Source of the DNA: Methanothermus fervidus DSM 2088
Lineage (GTDB): Archaea; Methanobacteriota; Methanobacteria; DSM-2088; Methanothermaceae
Reading direction: 5' to 3'
Length of the DNA: 32,000 nucleotides
NCBI GenBank assembly: GCA_000166095.1
Contig: CP002278.1
Span: 420,001-452,000 of the forward strand
Shown here: piece by piece, positions 1 through 10,709 of the stretch
Layout of the letters: each line of letters begins with the position of its first letter
How positions within the stretch are numbered: the stretch's first letter is position 1
Notes under the pieces: generated by a model
The model's database searches: none
The model's input: the letters and a program-made list of their open reading frames with translations, nothing else
What the model was told of the DNA's origin: nothing
Made by a program: the position numbers and the translations under genes

Positions 1-1574
1 GTATTATACCACTTTAAATATTCTTCTACATCAATTGTTATACAACCATTCTTTATTAATTCTTCAATATATTGAATATTTGTTACATTTTTTGGATTTC
101 TTCCACATCTATTTATCATTTCCATAAGAAATGTAGGTGAAATTGAAACATTTCCTAAATCATATCCTGCTAGCTTCATGGAATTTAATAAATTAGCTAA
201 GCTTTTATATAAGTTTAAACCATTAGTTACAGGCATTTTTTCATCATGTGTATTATCAAAATATACAATTGCTATTTTTTTATCTGAATTATTCTTTTTC
301 CTGAGATTTATCCAAGCTGTAACCCTATCTACCAACTGTTTAATTCCAAATTCGTATGGCATATATTTCTTTTCGGGATACCCTGTATTTTCATCTATAT
401 TTGTAATAATGTCTCCTCCAATGAGGATTGGCTCAATACGTCCTTGTACTTCAAAAATACAGAGCCAAAAGTATTCTAAACCTCTTAACCCCATTTTTTT
501 GTTTTTTAAGTATTCATCAAGCGTTGTTTGTGAAAATACAGGTAACGGTCCCAAAACAGGTACATTAAGATCTTTATATAATTTTAAAGTTGCATTATCC
601 GTCCAATATCCAAATTGAAGGCATGCAACAATTATATCCACTAATGGTTTTCCATCTTTCATGAAATATTTTCTTGATGAATTGATTGCATCATTTGTAT
701 AAAAGTAAGGTATTACATTAAGGCCTCGAGATTCAAGCTCTCCTATTAGTTTTTTATACACTTCCATGTTGTTAGCTACATAATATCTACCTAATATGGG
801 TACTCCAACCCACGGTTGTCCTTCTTTATATTTTCCAGAACTCTTATACCAAGTTATATATGACTGTAAATCTTGAAAAATAGTGCCGTAGGGAGCATCA
901 GGATGATACAGAAAATCACTAGGTGGTGGTACAAATCTTGTTTCATTGAGAGTAATATTTATTACTCCCGCACGTCTTAATATTTCAAGTATGAGTCTTT
1001 TCATGTTTTCCTGACTTAACATTGGTGCTGCTATTCCAGCATAGGGTGGTGCTAACAGCTCAATTCCGATATCAGTTCTTGTAACATTTGGCTTCGTTGT
1101 CCCTAATACAAAAACTTTTGCACCAGATGGTAGTGAATTAATTATGTTCTGAAAATCTATAGGTGCATCAAGTTCTGTCCCATAGGTTAATCCAGTTACA
1201 GGATAACCAGGTCTTGTACATAAAAAGAATATATTAGCATCCTTAATATCCTCTTTAAATTTCATATAGACTGTAGAATTTAAGTTAATCAAATCCATAG
1301 TATATATTTTTAATGTGAAATTATAACCTTTAGGCTCTAACTCTTTTTTGTATGTTTCATACATAACTTTGTCAACAGTGCCTACAACACATCCAGTAAC
1401 CAATACAACCATTTTAGTGTTTTGAAGTTTAGATTGTGTAAGATTTTCCATTTTTATATCTGATGAATTTGTTGAAAGGTTGTTTGCAAATACAAAATTA
1501 CAACATCCAAATAATAACAAAATTAAAATTCCACAAAGGCAAACTTTCTTGTTTATACCCTTGCCTAGTTTCAT
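1..1574 (-). CDS. CobN / magnesium chelatase H-like protein with N-terminal signal peptide (partial, runs off the left window edge)
   Basis: Missing from the ORF track because it is open at the window edge. Reverse strand from ATG at 1574 is open to base 1: MKLGKGINKKVCLCGILILLLFGCCNFVFANNLSTNSS... (hydrophobic signal), later ...VPVLGPLPVFSQTTLDEYLKNKKMGLRGLEYFW..., ...ILIGGDIITNIDENTGYPEKKYMPYEFGIKQLVDRVTAWINLRKKNNSDKKIAIVYFD... and ...GCITIDVEEYLKWYN at the edge, all CobN-like. TTGGTGA ribosome-binding site upstream. Confidence 0.75.
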   Translation of the reverse strand, partial: MKLGKGINKKVCLCGILILLLFGCCNFVFANNLSTNSSDIKMENLTQSKLQNTKMVVLVTGCVVGTVDKVMYETYKKELEPKGYNFTLKIYTMDLINLNSTVYMKFKEDIKDANIFFLCTRPGYPVTGLTYGTELDAPIDFQNIINSLPSGAKVFVLGTTKPNVTRTDIGIELLAPPYAGIAAPMLSQENMKRLILEILRRAGVINITLNETRFVPPPSDFLYHPDAPYGTIFQDLQSYITWYKSSGKYKEGQPWVGVPILGRYYVANNMEVYKKLIGELESRGLNVIPYFYTNDAINSSRKYFMKDGKPLVDIIVACLQFGYWTDNATLKLYKDLNVPVLGPLPVFSQTTLDEYLKNKKMGLRGLEYFWLCIFEVQGRIEPILIGGDIITNIDENTGYPEKKYMPYEFGIKQLVDRVTAWINLRKKNNSDKKIAIVYFDNTHDEKMPVTNGLNLYKSLANLLNSMKLAGYDLGNVSISPTFLMEMINRCGRNPKNVTNIQYIEELIKNGCITIDVEEYLKWYN

Positions 1575-1694
1575 AACTTTCACCAAATATGATAACTATT
1601 TGAAAAGTTATTATCCATTCTTGTCAAGGGAAAGTTTATAATTTTCCATTTAAAAGAAAAACATAAATTTTATAAATAAAAAAAAAACAAAAAT

Positions 1695-2450
1695 TTAAAG
1701 TTTAAAGAATTTTTCTGCATTTTTATAAGAAACTTTTGCAATTTCTGAATCATTGAAATCTTTGAGTCGCATTTTATGTACAGTTTTTGGAACTGAAAGA
1801 GGATCTGAAGGTGCAGAACTCATGTCAGAGTTTAACATAAATTTGTCAACACCATATTCCTCTAAAATTGTTATAGCCTTGTCTATGGTTAATTTACCTG
1901 GTTGAATTGTGAGTCCAAGCATGCATTCTCTATCCACAACTTTGTCAACAACTTTATCATCAATATGGTCTATGACAGCTAAAGATTCATCTAAATTTTC
2001 GCTTAATAATGACAATATTGTGTCAATTACTTTTTCTTTATTTTTTCTAGGAGTGTGAATAATAACTGGAACTTTTAATTTATCAGCAAGTTTTATTTGT
2101 TCTTTAAAAATTTTTAATTCTTCTTTAGATCCTTTTTCAAGCCCTATCTCACCTATTGCCACAACTTTTGGATTATTCAAAATTGAAGGTAATTTATTTA
2201 TCACTTTTTCATAGTCTGTGGGAATAGCTCTGGGATGTATACCTGCAGCCACATATAAATCAATTCCATTTTCTTGAGCTCTTTTAACATCAAGTTTTTG
2301 AAGACGAGAAATATGTTCCAAGGTTACAACAGCGGATTTCATTGGCAATGGATCATGGGCACAGGTTATAGCTTTTTCAATGCCAGAAATTGCCATCATT
2401 TCAAAATCTTCGTAAGGTCTGGTATCTGCATGTATATGACTATCAATCAT
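1695..2450 (-). CDS. TatD-like metal-dependent hydrolase
   Basis: MIDSHIHADTRP, GIHPRAIP, AIGEIGLEKG, PVIIHTPR, MLNSDMS motifs of the TatD/amidohydrolase fold. Confidence 0.8.
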   Translation of the reverse strand: MIDSHIHADTRPYEDFEMMAISGIEKAITCAHDPLPMKSAVVTLEHISRLQKLDVKRAQENGIDLYVAAGIHPRAIPTDYEKVINKLPSILNNPKVVAIGEIGLEKGSKEELKIFKEQIKLADKLKVPVIIHTPRKNKEKVIDTILSLLSENLDESLAVIDHIDDKVVDKVVDRECMLGLTIQPGKLTIDKAITILEEYGVDKFMLNSDMSSAPSDPLSVPKTVHKMRLKDFNDSEIAKVSYKNAEKFFKL

Positions 2451-2569
2451 CTTCTCACCTATAAAAACTTTTTACAATAATTTTTTATCTTTTGTTCAAA
2501 ATATATATTTAAATTTTATGTAATGTATAAATTTAAATGCAAAAAACAAAAATTTTTTAGGATGGTAGT

Positions 2570-3205
2570 ATGAAAAAAGAAAAACTTTTAAAATTTCTTT
2601 CAAGGATTGGAGTTGACACACGGTTTATTACAATCATAGATTCATGTATATATATTAATAATTTAAGGTTTTCAAGATTTTCAAGGAAAAGAGAGAAGAT
2701 TTTAAAAAAATACTTTCCAGAAATAAAAGTAATTAGATCAAAAATATTTCAAAGGATTTCTACAAGAAGTAAAAATATTTTAAGAGATGAATTAAAACCA
2801 AAGGACAGAGTATTAATCATGAAAACAGATAAAATTAGATACACTGCAGCTTATGCAGTCTTAGAACCATACACAAGAAAATATGGAATTAAAATAGTAG
2901 AAAAAAATCCAGATTGTATAGTAAATCCACTGACGTTGGATGACATAGTTATTAACGTGTTTAAAAAACTTTTATCAGGAAAAAAATTAAAAATGGAAGT
3001 AAAAAAAGATAACAAGAGAGTTATATATCCCCTCTCAAAAGTTCCATATTCTTGGATATGTAAATGGTTAAAAAAAGAATGTAAAATAGAATATCAAGAC
3101 AAAATGGTAAATAAATTTATGGACTTTTTCAATACAGTGGTCCCTGATTATAAAGAAAAAATTGCAAGTTCTATACTGGAACTTTCTAAAGTTATTAAAA
3201 ACTAG
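2570..3205 (+). CDS. Uncharacterised archaeal protein, possibly a degenerate PP-loop (Ncs6/TtuA-like) family member
   Basis: Open ORF with GGATGG/TAGTATG context. DRVLIMKTDKIRYTAAYAVLEPYTRKYGIKIV and NPLTLDDIVINVFKKLLSGK align by eye to the PP-loop and GHNLDD...LLxG regions of Ncs6/TtuA proteins, but the SGGxDS motif is not intact. Confidence 0.5.
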   Translation: MKKEKLLKFLSRIGVDTRFITIIDSCIYINNLRFSRFSRKREKILKKYFPEIKVIRSKIFQRISTRSKNILRDELKPKDRVLIMKTDKIRYTAAYAVLEPYTRKYGIKIVEKNPDCIVNPLTLDDIVINVFKKLLSGKKLKMEVKKDNKRVIYPLSKVPYSWICKWLKKECKIEYQDKMVNKFMDFFNTVVPDYKEKIASSILELSKVIKN

Positions 3206-4419
3206 GAAAGGAGTTTTAATTCTTTTAGGAATTTTACTTCATTTTTTTCAAAACCTGCAAAGCGTGATATTTCTTCTGACATTTTAGAATTTTGTAGAAT
3301 AATTTTTAAATATGGTAAAAAGGTGAAAGCAACCTTTTTTGAGACATGTAATCTATTGGCTAATTTCTCTAAAATTGTATCTATTTTTTCTATTTTTTTT
3401 CTTGCACTTCTTCTTAACTTGAAGTATGAAGGACCACTATACCTAGTAAATTTCTTATATTTTTTATCTTTAGAAAATGCTACACCTAAAGTCATTAAAT
3501 TAATTGCATATTTCCAATATCCATAATTTTGTGTTCTTTGAGCCCTTCCTAAATATACATCTGCCTTAGAAATCATGTCATAAGCTTTTTTAATTTCATG
3601 AGGCTTTTCATATTCTCTTGGTATATTTTCTGCAATAAATTCTAAAATATAGTTGGGGTCTTCATCCGTACTCCGCACTTTCTGCATGACATGAGACATG
3701 CTCTCACTTTTAAGAACAACAATAGATAGTTCAAGTATGTTAGAAAATTCATCTTTTGTTGCCAAATAATCTAAATATTCTGGCTTTATTTCTTTTTCAC
3801 CTCTTGCTATAGCTTCCAACATATTTATAGCTTGTCTAACATCGCCAGAAGCCTTTTTAGCAATTTCCATAAGCACTGATCTATTAAATTTTATTTTTTC
3901 TTTCCTACATATTCTTCCTAACAATGCTACAATTGATCTAGCTGGTGGTCTTCTTAACTTCAAAACTTTGCATTTCTTTCTGATCCTAGCAAGATGTCTA
4001 GTGTAAATATCATTTGCTGTTAATACTATTGGATGTTTACTAATGTCTATTATTTTTAAAATTGCGCTTGCACCGCCTCTATCTTCTATACTATGAATAT
4101 TATCCACTTCATCTAACACAATAACTCGTTCATGTTTCCCAAAAAGACTACCTGATTTAGATGATTCCCCCACAATACGCATTAGTATTGAATATGATCT
4201 TTTATCACTAGCATTTAAGCTAATACTATCTGAAAACTTATTAGAAATTATTTGGGCTAACGCTGTTTTACCTACTCCAGTAGGACCTACCAACAATAAA
4301 GGAGGTTGTGGTTTACCTTCTTTCCAGTCTCTAATCCACTTTCTTACTTCTTCAACTACTTTCCTATTGCCTATAAATTCATCAAAATCTTTTGGACGAT
4401 ATTTTTCAACCCACTTCAA
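3202..4419 (-). CDS. rfcL: Replication factor C large subunit
   Basis: WVEKYRPKDFDEFIGN, Walker A LVGPTGVGKTAL, Walker B VIVLDEVDNI, adjacent to rfcS. Confidence 0.95.
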   Translation of the reverse strand: MKWVEKYRPKDFDEFIGNRKVVEEVRKWIRDWKEGKPQPPLLLVGPTGVGKTALAQIISNKFSDSISLNASDKRSYSILMRIVGESSKSGSLFGKHERVIVLDEVDNIHSIEDRGGASAILKIIDISKHPIVLTANDIYTRHLARIRKKCKVLKLRRPPARSIVALLGRICRKEKIKFNRSVLMEIAKKASGDVRQAINMLEAIARGEKEIKPEYLDYLATKDEFSNILELSIVVLKSESMSHVMQKVRSTDEDPNYILEFIAENIPREYEKPHEIKKAYDMISKADVYLGRAQRTQNYGYWKYAINLMTLGVAFSKDKKYKKFTRYSGPSYFKLRRSARKKIEKIDTILEKLANRLHVSKKVAFTFLPYLKIILQNSKMSEEISRFAGFEKNEVKFLKELKLLS

Positions 4420-4440
4420 ATGATCACCTTGGAGAAAATA

Positions 4441-5409
4441 TTAGATAGGCCGTAATAAACTTGCAAGCAATGATTCTAGCTGTATTCTTGGATTTGCTCC
4501 TTCTCTTATCCTGAAATCATATTCACCAATTACATCTACAAATTTCACATATGTTTCTTCATCTACTTCTCCATCAATGGCTAACCTTGAAAATTCTCGA
4601 TATATTTGATCTATTAAATCTTCTCCACTTACACCATATGATATCATTATTTCCCTCAGCATTTCTCTAGCTTTTAAAAACTCTCCATTTAACGCCTTTA
4701 CTATCATTTTTCTAACATCTTCTGGTCTAGCCTTTGATACAACATCATATATGTCATCTTCAGTTATAGTTTTATCCAAAGCAGCTGCAGCTTGTAATAT
4801 GTTGATCGCTTTACGAAGATCTCCTTCAGCAAAATAAACTATTGCATCAAGGGCTTTCTCTTCATAATCTACATTTTCTTTTTCACAAATGTATTTTAGT
4901 CTCTTTATAATATCCTTGGATTTAAGAGGTAAGAATCTAAAAACTACACATCTAGACTGAACAGGTTCAATAATTTTGGAAGAATAATTACATGAAAGAA
5001 TGAAAGTTGCAGTTTCAGCATACATTTCCATTTCTCTTCTTAATGCTTGTTGAGCATCTCTAGTCATATTATCTACTTCATCTAAAAATACAATTCTAAA
5101 TGGAGCATTAATTGGTCTTAATCTGCAAAAATTTTTTATTTCAGTTCTTACAGTATCTATACCTCTTGCATCAGAAGCATTTAACTCTAAAAAATTTTGT
5201 TGCCAATATTCTCCAAGTATTTCTCTGGCAAGTGCAAGTGCCACTGTAGTTTTACCAACGCCAGCAGGCCCTGCAAAAAGCAAATTTGGTAAAGTTTTCT
5301 TTTCTACATATTTTTTTAATCTTGAGACAACGTGTTTTTGATTTACAACGTCATCTAATACTTTAGGCCTATATTTTTCTGTCCATATACCTGTCATTAT
5401 GATCACCAA
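4441..5409 (-). CDS. rfcS: Replication factor C small subunit (no intein)
   Basis: [57 protein letters not shown]. The more likely start is [11 protein letters not shown] at about 5397. Confidence 0.96.
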   Translation of the reverse strand: MVIIMTGIWTEKYRPKVLDDVVNQKHVVSRLKKYVEKKTLPNLLFAGPAGVGKTTVALALAREILGEYWQQNFLELNASDARGIDTVRTEIKNFCRLRPINAPFRIVFLDEVDNMTRDAQQALRREMEMYAETATFILSCNYSSKIIEPVQSRCVVFRFLPLKSKDIIKRLKYICEKENVDYEEKALDAIVYFAEGDLRKAINILQAAAALDKTITEDDIYDVVSKARPEDVRKMIVKALNGEFLKAREMLREIMISYGVSGEDLIDQIYREFSRLAIDGEVDEETYVKFVDVIGEYDFRIREGANPRIQLESLLASLLRPI

Positions 5410-6812
5410 CGGTCATATTCATTTTTGACATATTTTTGGAGTGAAATTATAGATTTTTCAACAGCTTTTGGCGATGGTCCACCCACTATATTTCTCTGTT
5501 TTATACATTCAAATGGATCAATGACTTTCTTTAGTTCTTCATCCTTAATGTTTAATTTTTTACCGATTACTTTTTTACTAACTTCATCCAAAATTTTAGA
5601 ATTAATTTCTGAAGGTTTGATACCTTCATCTATGCATTTACTTACTAATTTTCCAACTATTTTGTGTGCAACCCTGAATGGCAATTTCCTTTTTTTTACA
5701 ATTAGATCTGCAATATCAGTTGCAACAGAAAAATTAGATTTAGCAAGCTCTATTCCTCTCTTTTTATTTATTTTTATACTTGATAACATTCCTTCCATAA
5801 TGTCTATAATTTTTTCTATGGTATTAACAGAATTCCAGAGATGAGGAGTCACTTCTTGTAAATCTCTATTGTAACTATGTGGCAATGCTTTTAAAATACT
5901 CATAACAGACATTAAATCCCCATATAAATTAGAAGATTTTGCCCTTATAATTTCAGCTACATCAGGATTCTTTTTTTGAGGCATTATTGATGATGTAGAA
6001 CAAAATTCATCGCCAATTTCAATTAATCCAAATTCATAGGTACTCCAAAGAATTAATTCTTCACATATTCTACTTATGTTTGTAGCTAGCATGGCTAAAT
6101 CAAAAATTGTTTCGGCAATAAAATCTCGTGAACTTACAGCATCTATTGAATTTTCAAAATAAGATGAAAAACCAAGAATTTTTGTTGTAGTTTTTCTATT
6201 TATTGGAAATGTAGTGGTTGTCATAGCGGCTGATCCTAGTGGATTTATATCTATTCTTTTATAAGTATCTTTTAATCTTTCATAATCTCTTTTTAGCGAA
6301 TTTGCATATGCCAACAAATAATGTGCAAAAGTAGTTGGTTGTGCATGTTGCAGATGTGTATATCCCACCATCACAGTTTCTTTATGTTTTGATGCTAATT
6401 TTGAAATCTTGTAAATTAGATTAAGTAATTTCTTACATAATTTTTCAATTTTGGATTTCAGTGCCAACCTAAGATCTGTAACCACTTGATCGTTCCTTGA
6501 TTTCCCAATATGCATGAAACCTGCTTCTTCACCAATTTTAGAGGTCACATAATTTTCTATTGCCATGTGAATATCTTCTAATGATGGATCTAAATCTAAA
6601 GCTTTTATTCCTTTTTTTTTCAATTCTTTTAAAGTTTTTATTATTTTATTTGCAATCTCAACATCTATTATATTTTCTTCTGCCAACATTTGTACATGTG
6701 CAATATTACAGTCAATATCAGCTTCAAATATATAACGATCAAAATCTAAAGATGACAAAAATTTTGCAACATCTTTTTTCATGTCTTTTTTTAATCTGCT
6801 CCTAATATCCAA
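5403..6812 (-). CDS. argH: Argininosuccinate lyase (TTG start)
   Basis: [47 protein letters not shown] fumarase/ASL signature. Start TTG at 6812, or an internal ATG. Confidence 0.95.
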   Translation of the reverse strand: MDIRSRLKKDMKKDVAKFLSSLDFDRYIFEADIDCNIAHVQMLAEENIIDVEIANKIIKTLKELKKKGIKALDLDPSLEDIHMAIENYVTSKIGEEAGFMHIGKSRNDQVVTDLRLALKSKIEKLCKKLLNLIYKISKLASKHKETVMVGYTHLQHAQPTTFAHYLLAYANSLKRDYERLKDTYKRIDINPLGSAAMTTTTFPINRKTTTKILGFSSYFENSIDAVSSRDFIAETIFDLAMLATNISRICEELILWSTYEFGLIEIGDEFCSTSSIMPQKKNPDVAEIIRAKSSNLYGDLMSVMSILKALPHSYNRDLQEVTPHLWNSVNTIEKIIDIMEGMLSSIKINKKRGIELAKSNFSVATDIADLIVKKRKLPFRVAHKIVGKLVSKCIDEGIKPSEINSKILDEVSKKVIGKKLNIKDEELKKVIDPFECIKQRNIVGGPSPKAVEKSIISLQKYVKNEYDRW

Positions 6813-6818
6813 TCTTTT

Positions 6819-6974
6819 TCACCTTTTTCTTTTCCACTTAGTATATCCACATTTACCACATGCGTATCTGTCACCATGGTCTGCCATAAACACACCACTT
6901 GAACATCGTGGACAAAATGGATTTTTGCGTATTATTTTGTCACCTTTTATTTCATATAATTTGTATTTAGCCAT
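6819..6974 (-). CDS. rps27ae: Ribosomal protein S27ae (51 aa, below the ORF-track size limit)
   Basis: Hand translation of reverse strand: MAKYKLYEIKGDKIIRKNPFCPRCSSGVFMADHGDRYACGKCGYTKWKRKR*. Zinc ribbon CPRC...CGKC, directly downstream of rps24e. Confidence 0.93.
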   Translation of the reverse strand: MAKYKLYEIKGDKIIRKNPFCPRCSSGVFMADHGDRYACGKCGYTKWKRKR

Positions 6975-6976
6975 TT

Positions 6977-7282
6977 TTATTCACCTTCTTTAGCTTTACT
7001 TTCTCCAATTTTATTTTTCCTTATTATATGTTCTTGCTCTATTTCCTCTAAACTTTCTTTTGAATCATATATTTTAGCATATCCTACACATCTTCCTTCC
7101 CCATATCTTGGCTCGAGAGTATCTATCACTATCAATTCCTTATTAACATCCAATATACTACTCAATTTGTCTCTTACATCAACTCTTTTAGGTGTAGGTT
7201 CTCCTGAATGCAAACATTCAAATTTTATTTCTTTTCTTTTTAGTAGTTCGTTCCTTTTTTCTTCAGTTATATTTATTTCCAT
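6977..7282 (-). CDS. rps24e: Ribosomal protein S24e
   Basis: MEINITEEKRNELLKRKEIKF...PTPKRVDVRDKLSSILDVNKELIVIDTLEPRYGEGRCVGYAKIYDSKE, a typical S24e sequence. Confidence 0.93.
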   Translation of the reverse strand: MEINITEEKRNELLKRKEIKFECLHSGEPTPKRVDVRDKLSSILDVNKELIVIDTLEPRYGEGRCVGYAKIYDSKESLEEIEQEHIIRKNKIGESKAKEGE

Positions 7283-7772
7283 GCTCTTTCACCTCTTTGA
7301 ATTCTTTAATAATTTTTTTTGCTTTGTTTTTGGATTTATCAGCGTCAACTACTACTACTCCCTCATTTGGTTGACCATACAAAATTAAAGCTTTACTGGA
7401 AAATAAAATTGCTGGCAAAACTGCTAAGTCTTCCTCACCAGATACATTTATTATTGTTTTTTCTTTTGATTTTAAAGCCTTTTTTATAGCGTTCATCAAT
7501 GATTCAGTTATCGTACCTGGCGGATTACTAACATTCAATATTTTTGATTTATATTCTATTCTATAATAAGATTTTTTTCTCTGTATTTTTCTGTCTATTA
7601 TAGCTACATCAGGATATATACCTCTATCTACAAGATTTTTAGTAGTTTCATCGCCAACAGAAATTATTTTGTATTCATTTGGTGGAAAATTTTTTATATC
7701 ATCAATTGATTTATACAATTTTCCAAAGGGTTTTTTTAATTTTTTTCTTAATTTTTTTGGCAATATAAGCAC
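7263..7772 (-). CDS. DUF359 family, GTP-dependent dephospho-CoA kinase
   Basis: LPKKLRKKLKKPFGKLY, ISVGDETTKNLVDRGIYPDVAIIDRKIQR, VNPPGTIT, VSGEEDLAVLPAI, VLYGQPNEGVVVV. Same position between S24e and Spt4 as in other archaea. Confidence 0.85.
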   Translation of the reverse strand: MLILPKKLRKKLKKPFGKLYKSIDDIKNFPPNEYKIISVGDETTKNLVDRGIYPDVAIIDRKIQRKKSYYRIEYKSKILNVSNPPGTITESLMNAIKKALKSKEKTIINVSGEEDLAVLPAILFSSKALILYGQPNEGVVVVDADKSKNKAKKIIKEFKEVKEHGNKYN

Positions 7773-7954
7773 TATCTAACCCTCAAAGCATATTCTCCAG
7801 GCAAATTAATGTTCAATTCTTTTGCCATCCTTGATTTATTAGGATCTATAACTATAAGTAATCCACTCCAATTTTCTGAGGTTGGAGCTTTACATACTGG
7901 GCACTGATCTTCAGATGTTATTCGTTTGCATTTTGTACAGGCTTTTTCTATCAT
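7772..7954 (-). CDS. spt4: Transcription elongation factor Spt4 / RpoE''
   Basis: 60 aa: [56 protein letters not shown]. Confidence 0.93.
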   Translation of the reverse strand: MIEKACTKCKRITSEDQCPVCKAPTSENWSGLLIVIDPNKSRMAKELNINLPGEYALRVR

Positions 7955-8532
7955 TTTTTATTCTCCTTTTTTTCTTTCTTTTTCTTCTCTTTTTTCTTCT
8001 CTTCTTCAATCCATTCAAGTTTTCCTAATCCTGGTTGTCTCATTGTTAATCCAATATTAACTTTGAGAGGTAATTGTTTTGTACTTATTGCGACTATTCG
8101 TGCTCTTACTTTATCCCCTTCTTTTAACACTCTCTTAGTTTCTTTTCCTACCAAAATACAATTTTTTGGATCATAATCAATATAATCGTCAGTTATTTGA
8201 GATATATGGACTAGTCCATCTACAGGGCCTATTCTAACGAAAGCTCCAAATTCTGTAATTTCAATAACTTCCCCTTCAATAATTTCATGTAATTCAGGCT
8301 TAAAAAACAGTGCATTGAATGTTACATCATAATATGCTGCGCCATCTCCTATTATTACTTTACCAACGCCTATATCTTCTATATTTTTTATAGCTATCAT
8401 GAACCCAAGTTTTTTGTCAAAAGTTCCAACTAAGGATTGTGTTAATATATCCATAACAACTTCTTCTAAAGGTTCTTCAAATCGTGATGGAGGTACTCTA
8501 ACAGTATTAACCAGCTTAGTTAAATAGTACAA
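7951..8532 (-). CDS. rpoE: DNA-directed RNA polymerase subunit Rpo7/RpoE'
   Basis: [18 protein letters not shown]...[52 protein letters not shown] (S1 domain). Confidence 0.95.
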   Translation of the reverse strand: MYYLTKLVNTVRVPPSRFEEPLEEVVMDILTQSLVGTFDKKLGFMIAIKNIEDIGVGKVIIGDGAAYYDVTFNALFFKPELHEIIEGEVIEITEFGAFVRIGPVDGLVHISQITDDYIDYDPKNCILVGKETKRVLKEGDKVRARIVAISTKQLPLKVNIGLTMRQPGLGKLEWIEEEKKKEKKKKEKKENKK

Positions 8533-8541
8533 AGTGACACC

Positions 8542-9081
8542 TCATCCAAACTTCTTTTTATAAAGCTCTATAGAATGAATTATAGCTTTATGTGCGTATT
8601 TAACGTCTTTCCAACCCTTTACTTCAGTTTTCTTTCCTTCTAAACGTTTATATTCTGAAAAGAAATGAGCTATTTCATCTAGAATATGGGAAGGTATTTC
8701 ATCAATATTTTTTATCTCTTTGTATCTTGGATCCTCTACAGGTACAGCGAGTATTTTATCATCTTGTTTACCTTTATCTATCATTTCCATCATTCCGATA
8801 GGCCTTGCTTCTATAATACAGCCAGGAAATGTAGGTTCTTCCATCATTACAAGTATATCTAGTGGATCACCGTCGTCATATAAAGTTTGTGGTATTATAC
8901 CATAATCAGCTGGATACATAAAAGGAGAATAAAGTACTCTATCTAAACTAAAAGCTCCTAATTCTTTATTATATTCATATTTATTTCTAGAACCTTTTGG
9001 GATCTCTATTACAGCATAAACAATTTCAGGTGCTGAAGGACCTGGTTTTATATCTTTCCAAAGATCTACCATTTTACTCAC
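8542..9081 (-). CDS. ppa: Inorganic pyrophosphatase (family I)
   Basis: [72 protein letters not shown]. Confidence 0.96.
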   Translation of the reverse strand: MSKMVDLWKDIKPGPSAPEIVYAVIEIPKGSRNKYEYNKELGAFSLDRVLYSPFMYPADYGIIPQTLYDDGDPLDILVMMEEPTFPGCIIEARPIGMMEMIDKGKQDDKILAVPVEDPRYKEIKNIDEIPSHILDEIAHFFSEYKRLEGKKTEVKGWKDVKYAHKAIIHSIELYKKKFG

Positions 9082-9084
9082 CCC

Positions 9085-9490
9085 TCATCTAATGTAACCA
9101 TCTATATCTAGATATTTTTTCTGTCTTAAATAAATAACAGGTATTCCTTTTTCTCTAGCCCTTTTTCTTAATTTTTTATCATTAGTACATAATATATCAG
9201 CTACCCTAAGCAATGCATCGTCTATTGTTTCACCTTTTTTAATATCTTCCTTTGAAATTTCAATTTCTTTTGAATTTTTAATAAGTTTTAATGCAAAATC
9301 CGCAGCAATTTTATCTTTGCCTTGTAAATTCTCCCTAACTCTTTTCAATTCTTCCAAAACAAAAAAATGGAACTATTATTTTACAATTAGGAACTAACTT
9401 TTTAATTTCTTCTATAATATCAACTTTAAATTGTATTGGTAAAAATAAAAAATTTGTGTCTAAAACAACATTCTTATTTGAGCACACCAT
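9085..9490 (-). pseudogene. PIN-domain (Fcf1/VapC9-like) protein interrupted by a 1-nt frameshift at the A7/T7 homopolymer 9361-9367; the reconstructed product is 134 aa
   Basis: Reverse strand from ATG 9490 reads [43 protein letters not shown], then goes out of frame. Removing one base of the T7 run joins it to VLEELKRVRENLQGKDKIAADFALKLIKNS...DDALLRVADILCTNDKKLRKRAREKGIPVIYLRQKKYLDIDGYIR (track ORF 9085..9357). The PIN motif DTNFL lies only in the upstream half. Confidence 0.85.
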
Positions 9491-10700
9491 ATCCTATTAG
9501 CCTCCACCTGGCACCCAATCTTCGTGAAATTGCAGCCCTCTGACCAGGTTCAGCGCATACTGGTAATTTTAAGACTACTTCAACTTCATCGCCCTTAATG
9601 TGCTTAATGACACCAACTGTTGTCGCAGTTCCTATGTTTATCATTAAAGGTTCGTTCATTTTTAAAGGTTCTACTTTTCTTTCTTCTTCTGTACCAACTA
9701 CTCTTTTTAGTAAATGCACCTCTAAATTTAAAGTATGTAAAACTTCTGGCAATGTACCAACTTTTCCAGCTACAGACCCTGATAATGAATCAGCCTTTGT
9801 TAGTGAAGGATCTAATTTTGTGCCTACTCCTATTAATCCCCCAGGCTTCACTTCGTCCATTGGTTCATTACCAGCAACAAGACTAACAATTTCTGAATAT
9901 AAACTTTCCCATTTTTTTCTACCTTTTTTCTTAATTTCAATGCCTGGTTTTATTTCTATTTCATCTCCAACCGCCAATCGTCCTTGAATTAATGAACCAC
10001 CTATTACTCCTCCCTTTAGTTTGTCGGGAGGCGTCCCTGGTTTATTTATATCAAAAGAACGTGCCACAAACATTCTGGCTGGCTTGTTAACAGGTCTTTT
10101 TGGTGTTTTAATTGTTTTTTCAATGGCTTCAATCAATACATCTATGTTAGCACCTTGTTGTGCAGATACTGGAATAATAGGTGAATTTTCAGCAACAGTT
10201 CCTTTTATAAATTCTTTAATTTCCTTATAATTTTCCAATGCTCTTTCTCTTGACACTGTGTCTATTTTATTTTGAACCACTACAATATCCCTGACACCTA
10301 TAACATCTAATGCCATTAAATGTTCTTTGGTTTGCGGCTGGGGGCAGGGTTCATTAGCAGCTATTACTAATATTGCTCCATCCATTATTGCTGCACCAGA
10401 AAGCATCGTGGCCATTAATGTTTCATGGCCAGGAGCATCGACAAAAGAAACTTTCCTTAATATTTTTGTTTTTGATCCACAATGTTCACAAATTTTTTTC
10501 GTGGTATAGCATTTTGGCTCTGGACAATTTGGACATTTTCTAAATATTGCATCAGCATATCCTAAACGTATGGATATTCCTCTTTTAGCTTCCTCACTAT
10601 GTGTATCTGTCCAAACACCGGATAAAGCTTTAGTTAATGTTGTTTTTCCGTGGTCTACATGACCTACCATTCCTATATTAACTTCTGATTGTAATTTCAC
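9474..10700 (-). CDS. eif2g: Translation initiation factor 2 gamma subunit
   Basis: [43 protein letters not shown]...CEHCGSK zinc knuckle, [24 protein letters not shown]-terminus [14 protein letters not shown]. Confidence 0.97.
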   Translation of the reverse strand: MKLQSEVNIGMVGHVDHGKTTLTKALSGVWTDTHSEEAKRGISIRLGYADAIFRKCPNCPEPKCYTTKKICEHCGSKTKILRKVSFVDAPGHETLMATMLSGAAIMDGAILVIAANEPCPQPQTKEHLMALDVIGVRDIVVVQNKIDTVSRERALENYKEIKEFIKGTVAENSPIIPVSAQQGANIDVLIEAIEKTIKTPKRPVNKPARMFVARSFDINKPGTPPDKLKGGVIGGSLIQGRLAVGDEIEIKPGIEIKKKGRKKWESLYSEIVSLVAGNEPMDEVKPGGLIGVGTKLDPSLTKADSLSGSVAGKVGTLPEVLHTLNLEVHLLKRVVGTEEERKVEPLKMNEPLMINIGTATTVGVIKHIKGDEVEVVLKLPVCAEPGQRAAISRRLGARWRLIGYGVLK

Positions 10701-10709
10701 AAATTACAC

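Noticed and set aside
178-618. ORF 178..618 (+), 146 aa
   Set aside because: Lies antisense to the long CobN-like reading frame (1..1574, minus), has no SD and no recognisable family; judged a shadow ORF.
1662-1700. A-rich tract between the CobN-like gene and the TatD gene
   Set aside because: Explained as AT-rich promoter/terminator sequence typical of this genome; no specific structure supported.
3323-3526. Many short plus-strand ORFs inside minus-strand genes (2274..2480, 3323..3526, 5425..5844, 6560..6805, 6781..6993, 7167..7388, 8720..8905, 9598..9987, 9620..9886, 10021..10230, 10327..10509, 11743..12231, 13536..13751, 13770..14117, 14053..14259, 15104..15304, 17660..17863, 18244..18474, 19171..19476, 19973..20302, 20337..20774 and similar)
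   Set aside because: All are mirror-frame ORFs of confidently identified genes, with biased low-complexity composition (Ser/Phe/Leu-rich) and no independent support.
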